A stretch of DNA of 64,000 nt from NCBI GenBank assembly GCA_043228905.1, contig JBHGNT010000014.1:14198001-14262000 (forward strand), read 5' to 3'. The DNA is from Azolla caroliniana. Its lineage: Eukaryota; Plantae; Polypodiophyta. Made by a program: the position numbers and the translations under genes. A model generated the notes under the pieces. It was not told the origin of the DNA. It did not search any database and saw only the letters and a program-made list of their open reading frames with translations. Below are positions 60,277 through 64,000 of this stretch, in pieces; position 1 is the first letter of the stretch; each line of letters opens with the position of its first letter.

Positions 60277-62365
60277 CAATAAGGAAGCTCTTCATACCTT
60301 CCGAGAATCCCAATACATATAATGGAAGAACTGAGGAAGATAGAATCAAACCTGTGCATATTCCTGATGTAGGGATCATAACTGCAGGATCCATTCCTGA
60401 CCGTAAACAAAGAACCTTCTCAAGGCAACTTAAATGTAGGAAAATGAAGGGAAACAACGAAAGACAGACGCAAGCCTGTGCTGTTTGATGAAGTAGGGCT
60501 CATAACTGCAAGATCCATTGATGAAATGAAAGCTGAAGCTGCTATAAGATGGCATAAAGGTAGAAATGATTAATAGCTTCATCTAATTGTATAAGAAGAA
60601 GCTTTATTTAGCTTTGTAACATGGCATAAAGAAAGAAGATTTCCATAGCTTTGCCTGAATTGCAATTAAGCAATTATCCTTCTCACTATTCAAAATCCAT
60701 CAATGCAAGAAATATGCAGCTTCTCTCTAACTTCAAACAACAGTTAATTCTATAATGTTACATGGGTATGCCACCTCACAATATCCTTTTATCTCTCACC
60801 TGTAGCCTTCTATGCCCGTTCTCTAATCCGGAACAGGCAATGTGATAGAAAATGTCCACTCTCATCCCCAACCAAAACCCTAACGCATTCTTCTTGACAA
60901 GCTCATTTGAGTCATAAATTTCCCAATTTCGCAGATTGGCATGAAGTTACACATAAGGCTTCAAACTGACAACACTGCTGTCGGTGATGCCAACATTCGA
61001 ATGTGGTTGTAATAAACGTATATAAATCAGATTCATCTCTTCAAAAACCTCCCACATGATAAGCGGGAATATCTCATGGATAAGTATGAGTACACTGATA
61101 TTCTGTCAAAGAAGCAGAAAATCTTGAACTTTTTGTTGGATGAGAAATATGCTTGATCAAGACCGAACTTTTTCTTGGATGAGGAATATTCTTGATCAAG
61201 AACTCACGGCTGACATTTGACTTCCACAGAAAGTAGGTCAATTAGTCCTGATACTCTGGCATCATTACATCCGAGTTTGGAAGCCATCATCACCACTTAA
61301 TCTACACAAGTTCATGAAACCTTGTGTCAATTCATCAATAAAATCCGTGAGGAACAAATCCTCTTCATGTCTGCACCCCACAACCATGGCCACATACATA
61401 CATTGCAAATGAATGGCCAGAGAGGCCTATCCAATTCACAAAGAAATCCAATCCCCCCTAATTGCAACACATTTCCTTTAATCGACAGAAAACATTTCAC
61501 AATCAGCCAGAGCATTGAAGGTACCAAACCAGTAATTACAAGCAAATGGCACAATGCAATCATTTCAAGTAACATTGCCTAACACACACACACACCACGT
61601 GAAACATCAGAAGAAGCAATGTTAACTCACTGAAAAATTCTCAAACACTCCAAACTTGATGTCCATCCATGTGGAATGGGGAGAGAGAGAGAGAGAGAGA
61701 GAGAGAAGCAAACCTGTGGATTGTGATGAAGCATAAACCGAGAGGCCGTTGGATGAAATGAGAGGTCGATCTGTAGTGAGATGCCATACCATGCCATGGT
61801 GATTGATACAGGAAGAGGAAGAGGAAGATTAGTTCTATCTAAATCATTACAAGGCTCCTGAAGAAAGGGCCTTTATCTAATCTATATATGTACATATAAA
61901 AAGATGTATGTATATAATAAATATAACCCATTTAATGTCCCTTCACATACATACATGCTTGTTTCTATTTGCAAACCAAAATCATAATGAAGCTTCCTGA
62001 GGAAATCGTGGTCGCAAGACACATTTCAAATTGCACGTGCGATCTACGCCGTCGGATCATTATCCGAAAAAAAAGCGCCACCCAAAAACCAACCTGGCTC
62101 TGACCATCAGCTCTGTCAAGTCTAACCCGGCTCTATCACGTCCAACTCGGCACAAAGTTTCTAACCCGAATGCTTTTTCTCTGACTTGGGACCAAATTTA
62201 CAACCTGGCTACCTACACCTACCCCAACTGAAATTTCTAAAGAGGCACCTTTTTTAAAATGAAAATCTAAGATTCCCCAAAAATACTCATTAACATTTTC
62301 AGAAAACAATATTTTGGAGTTTAGATGTAAAAACTCAGCAAAACCAAAACCAAAACTCATTGGAG

Positions 62366-63511
62366 GTATGGTGGCAGACACCAGGAACAAACAACTTGAA
62401 AAAGTTTTTTGAGTACAATACCAAGCTAGGAAGACGAATCATTGGATCCAAAACAGTGGGTGTTGCAATGATTCACAATAGTTGGAAGGATAAAGGCATT
62501 TCAGACGACGATTTGAAGTCATTTTGGAGGAGACTATGGGCATTGGATATGCCAAAAAAATTTAAGGCTTGGTTGTGGCTTCTTTGCCACAAGGCGGTAC
62601 CAGTAGGCGAGTGATTGAGTTCCCGTGGTGGTGAGGTTGGCTATAAGTTATGTGGACATGCTTTGGAATCAATCTCTCACTATTTTTGGAATTGTACAAA
62701 GGCGATTACCATTTGGAGTAGAAGCCTTTGAATCGTGGCAGCCTGTGGTGTGAAAGGGAACGTTGTGTGGGGCTCCATACAAGGACTGTCTCTAAAAGGG
62801 GAAAGCTAGGGTGAACAGTTAAAACCCACAAGGACATGGATTTATTTGTGCAGGGTGGTAGCGTGTTCCAATGTGATGGGGTGAGACCGGGCACAAATTC
62901 TGAATTTTTTGAGGAGATTTGGCTTATGGTGACGTGTTTAACAGTCTGGCACATTTGGATCAGGCACTGTAAGTTTGTTTTTCAGCAGCAAAAGCTCACA
63001 TGTGGGGAGGTGATGTTAAATATCTTGTTTGAGCTTATGGCTTGGTTGCGGGGTCGATATGATTCGATTCAGGGTGAATCAAAAGAAGCAAAAAGGGCAA
63101 GGTCAAAGTTCTTGCTGAAATGGAGTGGTTCTCCCATGATAGTCAAATCTTCGGCGAGGCCTAAGTGGAATTACCAGGCGCCTAGGTGGCTATTTCCATC
63201 GATGGCTCCCAATATTGTACATGGGTTGTAATTATGTATGTATAACTGAAGCAAAAGTGGATTAGTATAGTCATGTTACCCGGATAATGTTGCTAGAAAA
63301 GAGTTAGTTGGGAGATGTAGAGTCGGGGTAAATTGGGGTTTATTTCAATTTTGTTGGAGTTAAGGGTCAGGTGAGTTTTTGCTATTTTTATTTGATAGTT
63401 TTAGAGTTATTCCTCCAAGTTGTATATGTTGATCCCATTGTGGATTCGAGTAAACTCTGTTGTATTCTATTTGCTAACTAATGCAAAGTAGTGTTTTTTT
63501 GGAAAAAAAAA
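62366..63511 (+). mobile_element. 5'-truncated LINE (L1-like) remnant
   Basis: zf-RVT-like FWRRLWALDMPKKFKAWLWLLCH..C..ESISH.FWNC, then VWHIW..CKFVF, a 3' UTR and an A-tail at 63503-63511. Contains stops. Confidence 0.8.
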
Positions 63512-64000
63512 GCTCACCAAAACCTTGGCCCAGTAGTGAATTTATAAAAAATGTCAACAAGTTTAGCCACCAATTGGGCCATTCAAAAATAAAATTGTAA
63601 CCAACATAAAAATTTCAATCACCAATGTCTGCAACAAAAGACTAGAAAATCTTGAAAGGTCACAAATTTCTAGTCACGAGTCTAAACAAAGCATGAAAGA
63701 TGATTGAAAACACCTAGCCTTCTCATATTTAAATGAAAGTTAAAATTTTAGCCACTTCTAAATTTTCAGCCACTAGTTTTTTCAACATGACTAGACACTT
63801 CAAAGATCACATGTTGAAGTCGACATGTCATACATGTTCTGAGATCAAAATTTCAGAGTTGTACATATACAAACTCTAGACACTACAAACCTAAAAAATT
63901 ACAAGATGTAATGTAAACAAAAACTCAAAATTCATGGCTCTTGTTCAAATGATTGCAAGATACACCCATAATTTTTGCAACAATTTGCATTACAGTTTCT

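Overview
This is a plant nuclear window, most likely from a fern, inferred from the DYW:KP-type PPR gene. Bases 1-46 kb are a stack of nested LTR retrotransposons. There are five Ty1/copia copies (A 3163-9564, B 9560-21568, C 22684-24180, D 30202-39652, E 40353-45898) and a copia solo LTR. There are also four members of one unusual Ty3/gypsy lineage: the 3' end of an element at 1-~1040, a solo LTR at 5526-6556, a decayed full-length element at 14400-21347, and a three-LTR tandem gag-only element at 32021-37400. Members of this gypsy lineage show TGTCG..(C/T)GACA ends, tRNA-Trp primer sites, 4-bp target duplications that are all centred on CpG, and a covarying RNA hairpin just before the PPT. 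Two of its families carry antisense tRNA-type Pol III A/B-box cassettes inside their LTRs. This lineage is the strongest candidate for an undescribed system. Bases 47-64 kb hold a 7-exon receptor-like kinase (51112-53606), a PLS-PPR gene with a DYW:KP-like deaminase (candidate U-to-C organellar editing factor, minus strand) and a 5'-truncated LINE. All calls were made by eye; no searches were run.
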